This document shows, one piece after another, positions 26,147 to 39,801 of a stretch of DNA of 64,000 nt. Source of the DNA: Dimorphilus gyrociliatus (lineage: Eukaryota; Animalia; Annelida); NCBI GenBank assembly GCA_904063045.1, contig CAJFCJ010000010.1, positions 1,116,001 through 1,180,000 on the forward strand, in the 5' to 3' direction. The notes under the pieces are model-generated. The model was not told where the DNA came from and ran no database searches. It saw only the letters and a list, made by a program, of their open reading frames with translations. How positions within the stretch are numbered: position 1 is the first letter of the stretch; each line of letters opens with the position of its first letter. A program made the position numbers and the translations under genes.

Positions 26147-28289
26147 CTTTCTCTAACACATATATCTCCTTCTGTTTGTCAATCTGTCTATCTGCTTCCT
26201 CTGTTCGTCTCTTTCCTTCTTTCCTTTATTCAATTTATCTTTAATCATTTCTTATACAATTCAAGTAATATATTAGTAAAAATTTGTTCAACACTAGTTA
26301 ATTGACTGATCTTATAATTGTGTGCTATAAAAGCAATTAGTCTTCAGTATTGTGTTTATTCGAACGTATGACATAAATAAGATCAAAAGTTTACTATATA
26401 ATCTTATCATATTCCCTAATGGAAGAAAAATACATCTGATAGTTGGACTTTTTCATTAAGAAATAAATACTTCTTCTGCGATAGGCAAAGATGTACAGAG
26501 AACAGCTGATTGGTTATTTTTTATATATTTAAGTGTAGCGCCCTTTTTATAGAGATTAAAACTTAATTATATCTATAGAATAAATTATGAAGACTTAGAA
26601 ATATCTAAAGAGAAGAGAAAAGATTTTATAATCGATTTTTTTTTCAAATTACAAAAATTAGAAGGCCATAATACAACTGAGTGTACTTTTCATACCAGAA
26701 AAACACTTATTAGCAGTTGCTTTTACGTCCAGCACTTAAATTTATGACTGTCTTCTGGTACTTTTTTCCTCTTTTTCTCTAAATTCTAACTATATTCTTT
26801 ATTTAAAACCTAGAAGTAGAGAAACATCTGGATTTAAAAAGACAATTTTTTTTATGGTTAATCCTATCATCATAACTATAATATTGCTTACGAAGACATT
26901 ATCCTAACGGATTGATATTGTACTGGATAATACCAGGCTTAATTCTACAGTTGTAGGTATAGCTTTCTTTTGACATTTTAATGATAATTTTGTTGGTCAC
27001 ATGAGTAGAAAGTGAGGGGGAGGGAGAGTAGGAGGTGAAAGTTAAGGGAGTATCTTGAAATAATTTTTATCCACCAAACTACTTCTATCGAACACTACTA
27101 ACTAATTAAATTTACCAATAAATACACACTCTTCTTATCAAAACAACCTTTTAGTCCTGCTCTTATGGCTGCTAGATAGCTTCTGAAACAGAAATTAGCA
27201 TCAAACTTCTACCTATATAGAAGCTTTATTCAGCAGCCGATGAACCGGAAAAGGTATGTGTGAATAACGTACAACGAAGAGAAATTCGAGGCTCGTGATC
27301 TGTTTACAATTACTTTAATACATAGAAATGGCCACAAATAAGAATTTTTCTTCTCGTTCAAATAAACCCATTTAAATTCTTTCAACGTTTAACGTCGTAA
27401 TTCAATTTTTAGTCTACTTTAATTTTTCAATGATTCTCTTTATAAATGAAATTTCAACTTTATAATTTTTTATTTATTCAACAATAGAGGAAATTTACTT
27501 CATTTTACAAGGAAATTAACTGTTTATTCATAGAGATACAATTTACTTCTATAAAAATAATGGAAAAAGTACAAAGCATTTTATATACTTCGTGGATGGA
27601 TGGATAGGATTATCGGAAAATGACTAAATAGTGTAGACTAATACTACGATTGTTAAAATCTGTTTAACGGGCTGAGAAAGTGCTTGAAGAGGGAAGGAGG
27701 GAGGGTATGTGATCAGAAAAAGACTACCACTTAAGAACACAGATCATGTTCACGCCGATCATGACGGGCTTAAAATCGACCGCGTAACGGAATAAGCAAG
27801 ACACTAATTAGTTTAAACAATTCATATCCAGCAATTTCCTCTTTTGTCTATAGTTTTTATTTGATACGGGTTTCATATTATTCTTGTTTTATCATAGAGC
27901 TTGTAAAATAATGCTATAATTATAAAGTGTTCGCTTTTGAATTGCCTTAAATTCAAGGCTTATTAAATTGAAATCGTTCGAATATTGCCTTTGTTAGCTT
28001 AAAATTGAAAAAAATATATTTTCTGACACTCTTTATTAAATAAACAACCATTTTCTCAAAATCTTTATTAAAATTTTATAAAACCAATGAACGAATTAAA
28101 TTCTACGCCTAAATATTTATTTTAAAAATGTAAGCATATTCACATATTCAAATTTCTATTACAATAATTTATTAAAGTTTATTATACTTTACTAAGCCGA
28201 ATGTCGAATTGTATATTAATTAGCTTATTTAAATATGTAGGAACCGCCCACTCAGTCGAAACGTCTACAACAGTTAAACGGTCGGAAGC

Positions 28290-28772
28290 ATGCTTAACGC
28301 TCTTTTATTTGCCGTTCTTATCTTATCTGCGAACGTTGCGTGTCTTCCCACGTTCGATATAAAACGATCGGAGAACGGAATCTTAAGGCGACAAACCAGA
28401 GCTCCATTTGGTCCCTACGAGTTTAAAAGGTTAGCCAATTTCGGTGTGAAAAGGGATTTGGGACCTTTTGGTGTCGACAAGAAATTGGGAGGATTCGGAG
28501 TGAAAAGACTTGGAAATTTTGGAGTGAAAAGATTAGCGGGCTTCAATGTCAAGAGGAATTCTAACTTGGCTAAGATAATGACCATGTTAAAGGAATGTAA
28601 GTATAAAATAAACATAATTAGTAAAACTAAAATTCGGTACTTGTACTGTAAATATGTATATACATGTACTTGTATTGTTTATAGATTATATATATATGCA
28701 GAAGTTACCTCTATATATATATTTGTTTATCTATTCCCATCAGCTTCTTATATCTATTCCAATAGATTCTGA
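28290..28772 (+). CDS. Neuropeptide precursor 2, paralogue of precursor 1; 3' end uncertain
   Basis: Signal peptide MLNALLFAVLILSANVAC. Peptides LANFGV, DLGPFGVD, LGGFGV, LGNFGV, LAGFNV between KR/KK sites; tail NSNLAKIMTMLKECK aligns with SSDLANLLAILRDCK. Homology ends near 28600, where a GTAAGT donor starts at 28597, so the rest of the ORF may be intron. Confidence 0.85.
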   Translation: MLNALLFAVLILSANVACLPTFDIKRSENGILRRQTRAPFGPYEFKRLANFGVKRDLGPFGVDKKLGGFGVKRLGNFGVKRLAGFNVKRNSNLAKIMTMLKECKYKINIISKTKIRYLYCKYVYTCTCIVYRLYIYAEVTSIYIFVYLFPSASYIYSNRF

Positions 28773-31558
28773 ACGAATCGCTTATAAGACTTTAAAGGAA
28801 GAAGAGTATAATTATGTTTTAATCTTATTCCTTTTTCTATCCAAACTAAAAAGAGTTTCTTCCTCCACCTTTTTTTTATGTTTACCATTATAGATATACT
28901 TTTTCAATAATAAAAAATAAAGACAATACGTTTGATACTATTCACCTTCCTTGTTTAAACTTAATATTGGTTTTTTTTTTATATAAATAATAAATCAACT
29001 TTACATTAAATTTAATCATTGAAAACTAAAATTTCTTTCTATTTGAACTTGAGTTTACTTACTATTAGAATATTTTCTAACATTTCTAGTTGTCGTTGGT
29101 AACGCCATCGTAATATCTAGTCATTATTTTACCTCAAAGTAATTTTCTTAATAGGGATTTCAATATCGATAAATGAATAGGTGGGCAACAACAAGGCAAA
29201 ATTGTAATTATGATTATATGTACATTTTTATTATGTTTTATACATAAAAAGATTTTTATGATTTGGTGAAAGCTATACTAGCACTATCTGATTAAGAATA
29301 AATACCGTAACTGATAAGGTAAGACGCTATGACAGAGTCTTTTAACATATTTTATAAACAACGTTAAAATTTATTCTATATAGAAAATGTTTAATACAAA
29401 AAACAAACAGAAATGTTAGCTTCAAAAATTCTATTCCTTTTATATGAACATAATATTTCACGAAACATTTAACGTAACGTTGCTACTCATGCATAGATCT
29501 ATTAACATTGGTTTTATATATAATTTTCTATTAATCACATTTTCTAACTGTTAATAATATTTCAAAAAACATATAGTAAAGCCCAATAATTTCCTACATT
29601 TCAAAGAAGCTATTCGATCAAATTGAGTGCATTTTTCATTCAAGGAAATCATAATAAAAAAATAATTTATCAAGCTGATGCTTTTAAGGAAACATTTTAG
29701 AGAAAATATAAAATCTACAGAGAATCTAACGATATATACTATACCGTTTGAAATACTCTTAGATTCTACGTTCAATAATCGAATTTCCAGTTTTTTTTTC
29801 CTAGTTTTCTATTCTTTTCTATTTTTTTTACAAGATACTACGAACATGGTTGAAAGATAGATTTTTGTTGGGAAAGTACTTTTCCTCTATTATTTACAAA
29901 AATGTACTTAAAAACTAACTATAAATGCACAAATAGATATATATTAACTCATTTCGATTATTTATTTTTCATATAAATAATCAATTAAGATGATAAAAAT
30001 TCCAGATTAAACGTTGACTCTTTGCAAACAAATTTATGTTATTTATATAATAAAGAAAATAATAAGAACATGTTCAAATTCTAAAATAATTGAGTTTATC
30101 ATGATACATCCTTTTCTTTCGTATACAGTCTAAATATTTATATATGTATATATACTGTAGGATTCTACATGGTTCAATCTTTGATCTTTAAATAGTATCA
30201 CACTTTTGTTCATGAACAATAAGATACACGTTGAAGGCAAAAAGGTCTAGTTCTATTTTTTTTAACTTGTTCTATATAGATACATGACCTTTACTTATTT
30301 AAAAGGTAAATATATATTAATTATGAACATCTGAAAGAATTATTATTAACAGTACTCACTTAATAAATGGAAGTAATTTAAAAATAACTTTTAAAGTAAA
30401 TTGAATAATCTATTTTTAAAGGACATTGTACTGTAAGTAATAAAAAGCATGAAACATAAAAAAAAGAGAAAAGAGGAAGAAGAGAAAAGAGTTTATTTTC
30501 ATAAAGAAAGAAAGTCCCTATAATACAAGAATCTTCTCGTTAAGTAGTCTTCATTCTCGATCACTGTCTATTAACAGTCAATTCTTCAACAAGTAATCTT
30601 GACAAGATTTAGTTTTGATTTACAATTTCCTTATCCTTCTCTATCCTGTTTTACCAATTCAATTATCTTTTTTTCATTAACTTTTTTAACTATACTATTG
30701 GAATTTTAAAGTTTCTTGAATTTTATTTATGCTTTGTCTATTTGTTATTGTTTATCTTTTTTTTCTTTTTTACAGATTCATAACCTTACTTCATCATTCA
30801 AGAAAATTAATTTAACATACTATATATATACATATATATATATATATATGTATAAATTGTTTAATTAAGAAAAAATATATTGAGGAATAAAAAACACCTT
30901 GTCAATCAGACTAATTTTCAATTTTTTGTTGTCTATGTGTCGCATAGTACAATACATTCAAGTTTCGAGCAGCCCACAAACATATTTTTATAAATTGGGA
31001 CTATTTAATATTAGGCGTTTCTCTCTGTTATATTACCTATAGCTTACTCACATACGCTCTCTCCTTCTATTATCTCACTTTTCTCAATTAATCTCCCTCC
31101 CTCCATCCTTTCCTCCCTCCTTCTTTCTTTCTCACCTTCTCTATCTCATTTTCGCTTCTGTTCTATTTCTCTACCTTCTTCATATTTTGAAATATAAAAC
31201 CCTTTCTTTGCTGATAAATCCCTATTTTTTAAAATTATTCCTGTCTTTTCATATGGAGTATTATTATATATTAATATCACATCATTTCAATGACATAACT
31301 ATAAAAATAGATAAATAGTGTTCACCATCTGTAAACTTTAATAATAAAGAAAGTAGCATTTGAATATTATTGAGAAAATTATAGAAAATGTGTAGGCCTT
31401 AAAAAAAGCAGCGCACAGAAATTGAAAAGGGCGAATCAATACGAGGCCGTTTTCATAAAATATCTTCAATACTGTTCAGTCCCGCCCTATATGAAAACAG
31501 GGCGTGTTGAAATCTTTTACCGTATGAAATTTTCAGTTGATTAAGTAGTTAAAAAGTC

Positions 31559-34500
31559 ATGGATTCTGATTCAAATAGCGAAGCTTCTGATAATGAGTTT
31601 AAAGGACTCGAAGAATGGGTCACAATGCAGCATTCGACTTTTTGTAATTGGGTCAATGATAAATTGATGACTGTCTCTGAAAAGGTTGAGAATTTGGCAA
31701 AAGATATGAGGAGTGGCGAAAAGTTATGTAAATTAATGAATGTTCTAAAGGGAAAGAGTATCGGTAGAATCAAAGTAAATGCAGTTAACCATTATGCCGC
31801 AAGTGGTAACATAGAATTAGCTTTTCAAGCAATGAGGAAAGATGGAGTTAAACTTGTAAATATAGGTATGTAATTCACATATTCACATTCAATTTATTAA
31901 TATATGTTGTGTATAATTATTTATCTAAATTTTTTTTAATATCAATTAAATCTTTTCAGTTCTGTCAACTTTTATTAATTATTTATATAAATAACGGCTT
32001 TTTAGCTGACTAACATAAAAAAAACATTTCACCTTTTAAAAATAGATTTCTTTAAATTCTAGGAGCTGAAGATATATCTAAAGGTTCTCTAAAGCTTATT
32101 CTAGGCCTTGTATGGACCTTAATTCGAACGTATCAATTGAAATCGGGAGGAAAATTACCAGCCAAAAAACTAATGATAAAATTTTTTAACGCAATTTTAT
32201 ATCCTTACAAAGAGATAAATAATTTTACATCAGACTGGAACGATGGAATAGCTTTACAGTAAATATCATAATTACTAACTTAATGCTTTTTTTGTTTCTA
32301 AGGAAACAGTACATTTAAAAAATTAACTTATTTCTATCTATTCTTATTATTTCAGTGGTGTTATTGAATATTGTAAACCGGGAACATTTCCGGATTGGAT
32401 GAATTTAAAAGTCTCAAGAGCGTAAGTTAATTAGGAAATTGTAATTGTCTTTATTAAGATTATTTTAAATATTAATTATTTATTTCAAATCTTCCGTATT
32501 GAATAATTAATAATAAATTTTCATTTAACTTCTAAAGGGAAGAGAACTGCAAAAGTGCATTACAAATGGGACATAGAGCTTTTGATATTCCAATTGTAAT
32601 TAAACCAGAACATATGGCTAATCCCAATATCGATGAATTATCAGTTATGACTCAGCTATCATATTATGTTACGGAAGGTAGTCCAGGTTATATAAAAACA
32701 ATGGAATGGGTTAACTCAAAGCTTTGCGTTTCAACTATTAGCAATTTCACGGTGAGTTTAACAAAAAAATACAAAGAGTTATTTAAAAATTATAAACTTC
32801 GTCTGTAGACCGATTGGAATAGTGGAAGAATAGCCAGTGAACTAGCTATTGAACTTGGAGCAGACGTTCCACGTGTTGATGGAAGTTCTGAAGAACTTTG
32901 TAAAGCTGGTAAAAAAAATTTAATCAACAATTTGTAGAATACTTTAGTTATCAGCATAAGTATACTAGAAAGATTGAAAATTCAAAAGTGTGTAGTATAG
33001 TCGCTGTTCTTGAGTTTTTATCACTCAACCCTCTTTGAATTCTTTAATTAAAGCTTGAATAAATTTTGCAATCATTAAATGGAACGTTTAAAGCTAAAGT
33101 GGAATGTAATCTGAGAGGAAACATTATATTTATGATGTCGCGTACAAGCTATTTTAATATAGATTACTTTATTTATAGAAAAGTCAAAATCTTTACTCTC
33201 TATTTATTTAGAATTACTGATGTTGTTTTTGTATTCAGCAATGAAGGCTAGCGAAAATCAACTTGGAGTGAGGCACGTGATATCTGCAACTGATATGACC
33301 ATACCGACAGTTGATCATATTGGTATCATGGCATATGCTGCTTGGCATAGAATAGTACCAGAAAGGAAAAAAAAATTGAAATTTGCCGAGGTACCCGAGG
33401 TAATTCAACCTTCTCCCCCCAGGGCAAGGAGCCCCTCTCCACCTCCTCCAGAGCCAATTTCAGCTCCAGCCCCGATTATAACTCCTGCAATTGTACCTGC
33501 TCGAACTATCTCAGAAAATAGAGATTCGGTTAGATCTGTATTTCTATATTGTTTTATTACGCAATTTCTATTATTTACGGCAGTTGGTTAGGAAAACTCA
33601 AATAGAGCGTAAATCCGTAAATTCATCGGTGATGTCGTCTACTTTGTTATCATCGATTTCTTCCAATACTTCTACAGCCCCTACAATTCCGGTTGCCTCA
33701 AAATCGGTGTCATTTAAGAGAGAAGAAGTAGTTGTCTACATGCTAGATACTTGGAGAGTTGATGCTACCTTAAATATAATGGTTAGTATGTGATTAATAA
33801 ATGTATGAAAAGTAATACACGAATATCTCAGGTCGACACATCGGCATTTGGAAACGGAGCTGTTAGAGCGGAGGCCCATTCGCCTGGCAGTGACTTGGAA
33901 GACCTTCGTATAACTCGAACTGAAGATTTCTTAAATTTTATAAGTTTCAGACCAACTGAAAAAGGTAAAAATATTAAAACAACAAACATAGTAGACTATG
34001 AAAAGAGTAAAAATTTTACAGGAAATTGGAAAATACAAATATTCTACGAAAATCAAGAAATTAGCGAGAGTCCTTACTACGTTAATGTCTATGATCCTTC
34101 ATTAGCAAGAATCATTAAGACACAGATTGGAAAAGCGGCTATTCTAAAAGATTACAGTTTTGAAGGTAGAGAATATTTTAGACGCTGTTGGTCAAATTTT
34201 TTAATAAAAAAATTACAATTTTTAGTTGATTGCCTGCAAGTTGGGTGCAAAGAGCTTGACGTTTTTGTCACCCAGAATGAAAATCAAGTACCTACAGAAA
34301 TAAATTTATGCGGAAATGACAGATATAAAATAACTTTCTATCCAAGAATTCATGGGATATTCAACGTTTCAGTTTTTGTTGGTGGAATTGAATCACCAGG
34401 TTAGAAACCCTAAATAAAACAACTAAAGAGAATATTTTAATCAAATTTTCCTAAAGGATCTCCATTTATGGTTGATGCAACTGATGCAAGAAAAGTTAGT

Positions 34501-35765
34501 GCTGATGGGTTAGGCTTGAAGGAATGTATATGTGGCAAAGAAGCTTTCTTTTCTATCTTGGCTACTTCGGCACCAGATAAAAAATCAGAAGTAATCATCA
34601 TGTGTAAGTATGAGCTATGAGACTCTTTCTAAGCTGTTTAATAAGCTTACTATAAACAACTGAGCACGTTAAAGCCTAATCGGATAAATCTATTATTTAT
34701 GTAAACTATTTGCCTGAATATTTACGATATAAATAGAAAGTGTGTTAATTTTCACCATCAAAGATGTCATTACGGTACTACATCCAAAAAAAAAAAAAGA
34801 TATTTCAGCTGTTTCTTTAAATTCGCTTTGTCAGGAGATTTTCTTCATTTAAATAAACTTAGAAAGACCAATCATGCAAGCTGTGAAAAAACACTTAGAG
34901 CTATGTGAAAACTTATGTCATTTATAAAATAAAGGGAAATTAACTTCATAAAAGAATTATATCAAATTGAGTTTATTCATTTTTTCAATCTTAATTCAAT
35001 TCGTATTTAAAAGTTTTCTTTAACACTTCTTAAGAGCACAGGCAAGATTTATTCACATGGGAAATATAGGTTTACATTTATTGAAAGAAAAATAAAGGAA
35101 AGAAAACTTCATGAATTACTTATTTTCGTAATTCTACAATTTAATTGTTTATATCTTTTTTCCTTTGACAGCACCTACTGGTAGAAATATAAAACCAACT
35201 ATACAAAAAGTAGCTCCTGATCGTTTCAATGTATCCTTTGTTCCGAAGGAAGAGGGAAATCATACTGTTGAAATTTTCTATGACACTAATGCTGTTATAG
35301 GAAGTCCATTCTATACAATTGCTCGTAAACCGAAGATTTTTGTTAAAAATCTGGAACAAATAGTTCAAAAAGATCGAGATTATGTATTTGAAAGTAAACG
35401 CTTTTTGAACTATATAAATATCTTATTTATTATCAAAATATGTATTATATTCTCCAGTTGACGCCAGCGAAGTTTACGATAATGGAACCATTGAAATAGA
35501 TTCTGCATGTCCTGTTAAAGGTTACAAACAAACTGGAGAGCATAAATATACTGTAACATACAGACCTACAGATATTGGAATAGTTGATTTTATAATCAAA
35601 TACGAACATGTTGAAATAAATGGTAAGGAAAATCTTTCATCTTATCTAATAAATTCTAAATCATGTATTCATCTCAAGTTTAAACACTTCATTTATGTTA
35701 TAGGAAGCCCTTATAGGGTTGAAGTGCAAGAAAATAATCATTTTAGAAGGTCTTTAATAAGATAA
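31559..35765 (+). CDS. Short jitterbug-like filamin: 3 calponin-homology domains, Pro/Ser-rich linker, 4 filamin Ig repeats; 14 exons, 805 aa
   Basis: Exons 31559-31865, 32063-32258, 32356-32421, 32538-32751, 32809-32908, 33239-33528, 33584-33781, 33832-33964, 34022-34165, 34226-34399, 34457-34603, 35172-35393, 35458-35622, 35704-35765; all GT-AG, phases consistent, 2418 nt. CH1 WVTMQHSTFCNWVNDKL...LKLILGLVWTLI; CH2 NNFTSDWNDGIAL...DELSVMTQLSYY; CH3 SNFTTDWNSGR...DHIGIMAYAAW. The four repeats end in ESPY, GSPF, GSPF and GSPY. Confidence 0.9.
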
Positions 35766-38202
35766 GCAAGCAGTTGGTTTCTTATACAATAATAGAGATG
35801 GTAAGGTTTATATTTTCGTATTTAACAAACTTCATGAAATTGCTTTTACCTCTTTATTAATAGTTACTTGATTATACAACAAGAATATATGGAATTCTCT
35901 TTTAACCACTTTTATAAAATATTACGAAAAAATATTGAAAAATGTATAAAAGAAAGCATTTTTGATGTTTTTCTATTTTGAAAATGATAAGATACTCTTC
36001 TATTCTTCGGGGAAAAGATTTCAAAACTCATGCATATACAGTTATATATATATATATATACAGTATATATATATTACTAATATATATTAGTATACATATA
36101 TATAATTTTATATGAAAAACATATTTTTTACTTTTCTTTTTATAAATCAATACAAATTTTATATTCATACGTAAAGTTTCTCTCCTATTATTGCATAATT
36201 GGTGAGAAAACTATCCGGCTTGATCTAGAGAAGGAAACAACTATTGATCTTTCAATACTCATGATACTTTTAATTCTCCATTTTGCTTTTGCTAATTTGT
36301 TTATATTTATTATTTGCATATTCAGCAAAAAAAGATAACTGAAAGAGAAAATATAAACATGATCTTTTAAAAATGCGACATCTGTTAGTTATTTTCGTAG
36401 TGAATCGTGATTGATATTCTAACGCCATCTTCAGGCCGAATGATAAAACAACAATTATTTGCGTTTATAAAAACGTTAAAGATATGAGGGTACTTAATGT
36501 CTAATTCAGTCGAACCTAAAATCTGAAGAGCGTCTTCTTTGCTGTATATAGAAGGTATAAACTAAGAATCTTCTATAAATATAACAAATGAAGAACTTGG
36601 AATGACATAATGGAGAAAAATAAGATTTTCTAGCTTCTTTCCTTAAGAGAGAGTGAGAGAGAGACAGAGAGAGTATAGGATATAGTCGTATGATTCCTCT
36701 TAAAATACTCTAAACGAGAACTCCTATGAATCAGACCGTAAAAATGAAAAGCCTTTTGTAACAACAACTTAATTGAAAAACTAGGGCATATTCTCTTAAA
36801 AACTTAGAGCGATGAATGAAACTAGCTTTAGGCTATGTAGTTTGATAATTAATACTTCTTTAATAACCTCTATGGATTCTTTTCAACGAAATGGTCTTTT
36901 CAGGATAGTAGTTCGTCAATTTGCTTAAACGAATATTTCATGTTCCTATTGAAAACACCAATTTATCTATATTAAACAAAAATTGATAAACTATGACGGC
37001 AATCAATTTCAAGTATTCTTATGCGAATATTGTTAGTTTAGGACAACTTTCACATTTAATTAGAGATTGTGGAAAAGAAGAGAAAAAGTCATCATTCTAT
37101 TTTTTTTTCTCTTTTAGATATAGTTTTCCTTTCGTAATCAAAACCTCTTAAAACATTCTATAGATAATGTATGTATTAAGTAGATATATATTTATATATA
37201 TATATATATATATAGCAATCTTCCTTGTAGGCTATCAGCATTTTTCTCTCTTCAAAATGAATTTGAATGATAGAAAAATCTTTGATTTGCTCAACACCAC
37301 AGGGATACTAATATATATATATATATATGTAGTACTAAAATAGACATATTTAGCTATTAATACTTTTATAGAATATTCGAAGAATTAAAAATAAATACCT
37401 CTCTCTAATATACTTTCTTCTTATTTCCATTTTATATTTCAATCTTCAATGTAATTTTGCCAGTTTTTAACATCTCACTCTAAATCTTTGTTCATATAAA
37501 TATACTTTGAAAATGAAAGGAGGATAATTATTAATTTATTTGAAATATTGTTAAAAAATGATTATTTGTAAGCTGAAATAAACTTCCCTCAACAACTTTT
37601 TTGCTCTTCTCAACAATTTTTCGAGTGGTTCCCTCTAATTGCTTGCGTCAGTGACACCAGATGAGTCATATTTTTCTTTAATCTATTTAGCTTTCAATTC
37701 TGTCTTTTATTTTTGTTTATATTCGTATTTAATGTTATTTTTGATAAATACTTTATAAGTGAAATGTACGATAACATTACATTGAGCATCAAAGATAAAA
37801 AAAGACAGAAAAAATGACTATAAAAATGGAATCTGACAGTCTACAAGGTTAAAGAGAATGCAAAGCAAGAAGAAATGAATAGAACAAGTTAATTAATTCT
37901 AAGAAAAGTGAGGTTTATGACAAACTTAATACTTTCAGTCCCAAAAACTTAAATGAATCGTTTTCAGGTTGTGTATTTATAAAACAATACAGTTGCTTTT
38001 GCATCTAAACTAACGAATTAGCATCAAATCGATTTACATTGTGGTCTTAATTTAAGTTGTCTACAGCTGTTTTTTTTCAAAGTTTCCAATCTCTCTTTTG
38101 TACTTGCTTCCATTTATAAAATACCAGACGAAAGATTTTTATTATGAATACAAAACAATACATGCTTATATATAGGCGTATACATACTGATGTACAAACG
38201 CA

Positions 38203-38205
<3 letters not shown>

Positions 38206-38247
<42 letters not shown>
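38206..38247. repeat. (AT)21 microsatellite
   Basis: Direct reading. Confidence 0.95.
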
Positions 38248-38250
<3 letters not shown>

Positions 38251-39758
38251 TTAATAGACATAGTATATTATTTTCACTATTAAATATACCTTAATAACTA
38301 GAAAAACTACTTTTACAATATTTTCGTCTCCGCAAAATAAGTCAAAGTGAGACAAGTTAAAAACGGAAAATTGAATTTAATAAGTAAACAACAATCATAC
38401 TGCAGTTAATAATATTATAAAACTATATCTATTTATTTATAAATATAGAGTGTGTGAGAGTTATGATTATAGTATAACAAGTACTCTGTGGCAAAACACA
38501 ACAAATATTCTTCTGTATCTTTCCTTTCACGATTAGAAAATTAAAAATAAAACAAGTGTTTCTTTATTATTTTCTTTAGCTATAAAAATGTCAAAGTAAA
38601 GAATTAAATTAGAAATATTGTTCTCAAAAAATAGAATATCAATTACCTGGAAAGAATAGCTATTTCAAATTGTTTCTACCAATAGAATATAGAATTTACT
38701 ATTGCAAATCAGAGAAAATGTAATATTATTCTTTTCTTCATAAAGTTATGCAATCAATATGTAAAGGAAAAAATACATTGTACAGAAACTTGATCTTTTA
38801 TATATTTGACATGAGAAACCATTGCTAATTTACTTTTCAGTAATACCAGAAATCAAATCAAATCTATTTCTTAAATTAAGAAGAGAATCAAAGGTATTCG
38901 AAATTTAAATATTAAAGAACCTAATTAATGAAAAGGGATAAAAGAATTCAATGGTTAATAATAAGAAAGTGGGAAATTTTGCATTCATATTTTTATAGTT
39001 CTTAGGGAAAAGTTTCTTATTGAAATAGAAATCAACGTGAAAAAACAACGATTAAGTCTTTTCTACACTTAACGAATGCACCTAATACTTTATTTTGTCT
39101 GTGTAAAGTTCATTTTCGTGAGAGGTAATGCTGACTAATATCAATTAAATATTACATACAGTCTTATTTAGCTTGCTTTATTTATTTTATTTAATTAAAG
39201 CCATCATATTTATTCTTCAAAATTAGCTTCCATGCACGGAATTCTCTTCTATTTTTGCCCATTGAAAGTAAAATTCGTTTCTTTCTTACAAAAAAATTCT
39301 TTTTAGCTTTTCTCTTTCGCTTTTTCTCTCTTTCTTTCTCTCTCTCTCTCGCTCCAGTTTTTCTCTCTTTCATTTTCTCTTCTTTGGTCTGTCTATCAAT
39401 CTGCTTACCAAAAAAGAAAATATAAATAAGGGATAGTTTGATTCAATTGAATATATCCCTTGCCTTAGTTAATATTACTCGAACTACTTTGAGCAGTATT
39501 TGTGTAATATCTCACTCAGTAAACTCCAAAAAAACAGAGGGTTTTGGGAAAGTTGAAAAGAAAAGTTTTAATTGATTTTTAGTTAGTTTTTATATTGAAT
39601 CAATATTATAAAAATATGACTTTCAAATTAAAAACCATTCGTCTTGCACTTTTAATGACTAAAAGAAATTAAAGTATTGTAAATTTATACTAAAATTCAT
39701 TAGTATGCAAATTTTTTGCACTTTTGTTAGAGAACTAACTTAATTAGTTTAAAAAGAG

Positions 39759-39764
<6 letters not shown>

Positions 39765-39790
<26 letters not shown>
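39765..39790. repeat. (AG)13 microsatellite followed by a short (AC) run
   Basis: Direct reading. Confidence 0.95.

Positions 39791-39801
<11 letters not shown>

Noticed and set aside
26059-26244. LSLSLS/YIYIY/REREK-type ORFs (also 22639, 39191, 41648, 41793, 57783)
   Set aside because: Translations of (CT)n, (TA)n and (GA)n microsatellites.
28415-28615. 66-aa minus-strand ORF
   Set aside because: Antisense shadow of neuropeptide precursor 2.
30500-30720. Minus-strand charged, coiled-coil-like fragments (EKDKEIVNQN*ILSRLLVEELTVNRQ*)
   Set aside because: Multiple stops and frameshifts with no recognisable parent gene.
31549-31773. Minus-strand ORFs over the filamin (also 35141-35368)
   Set aside because: Antisense shadows of filamin exons.
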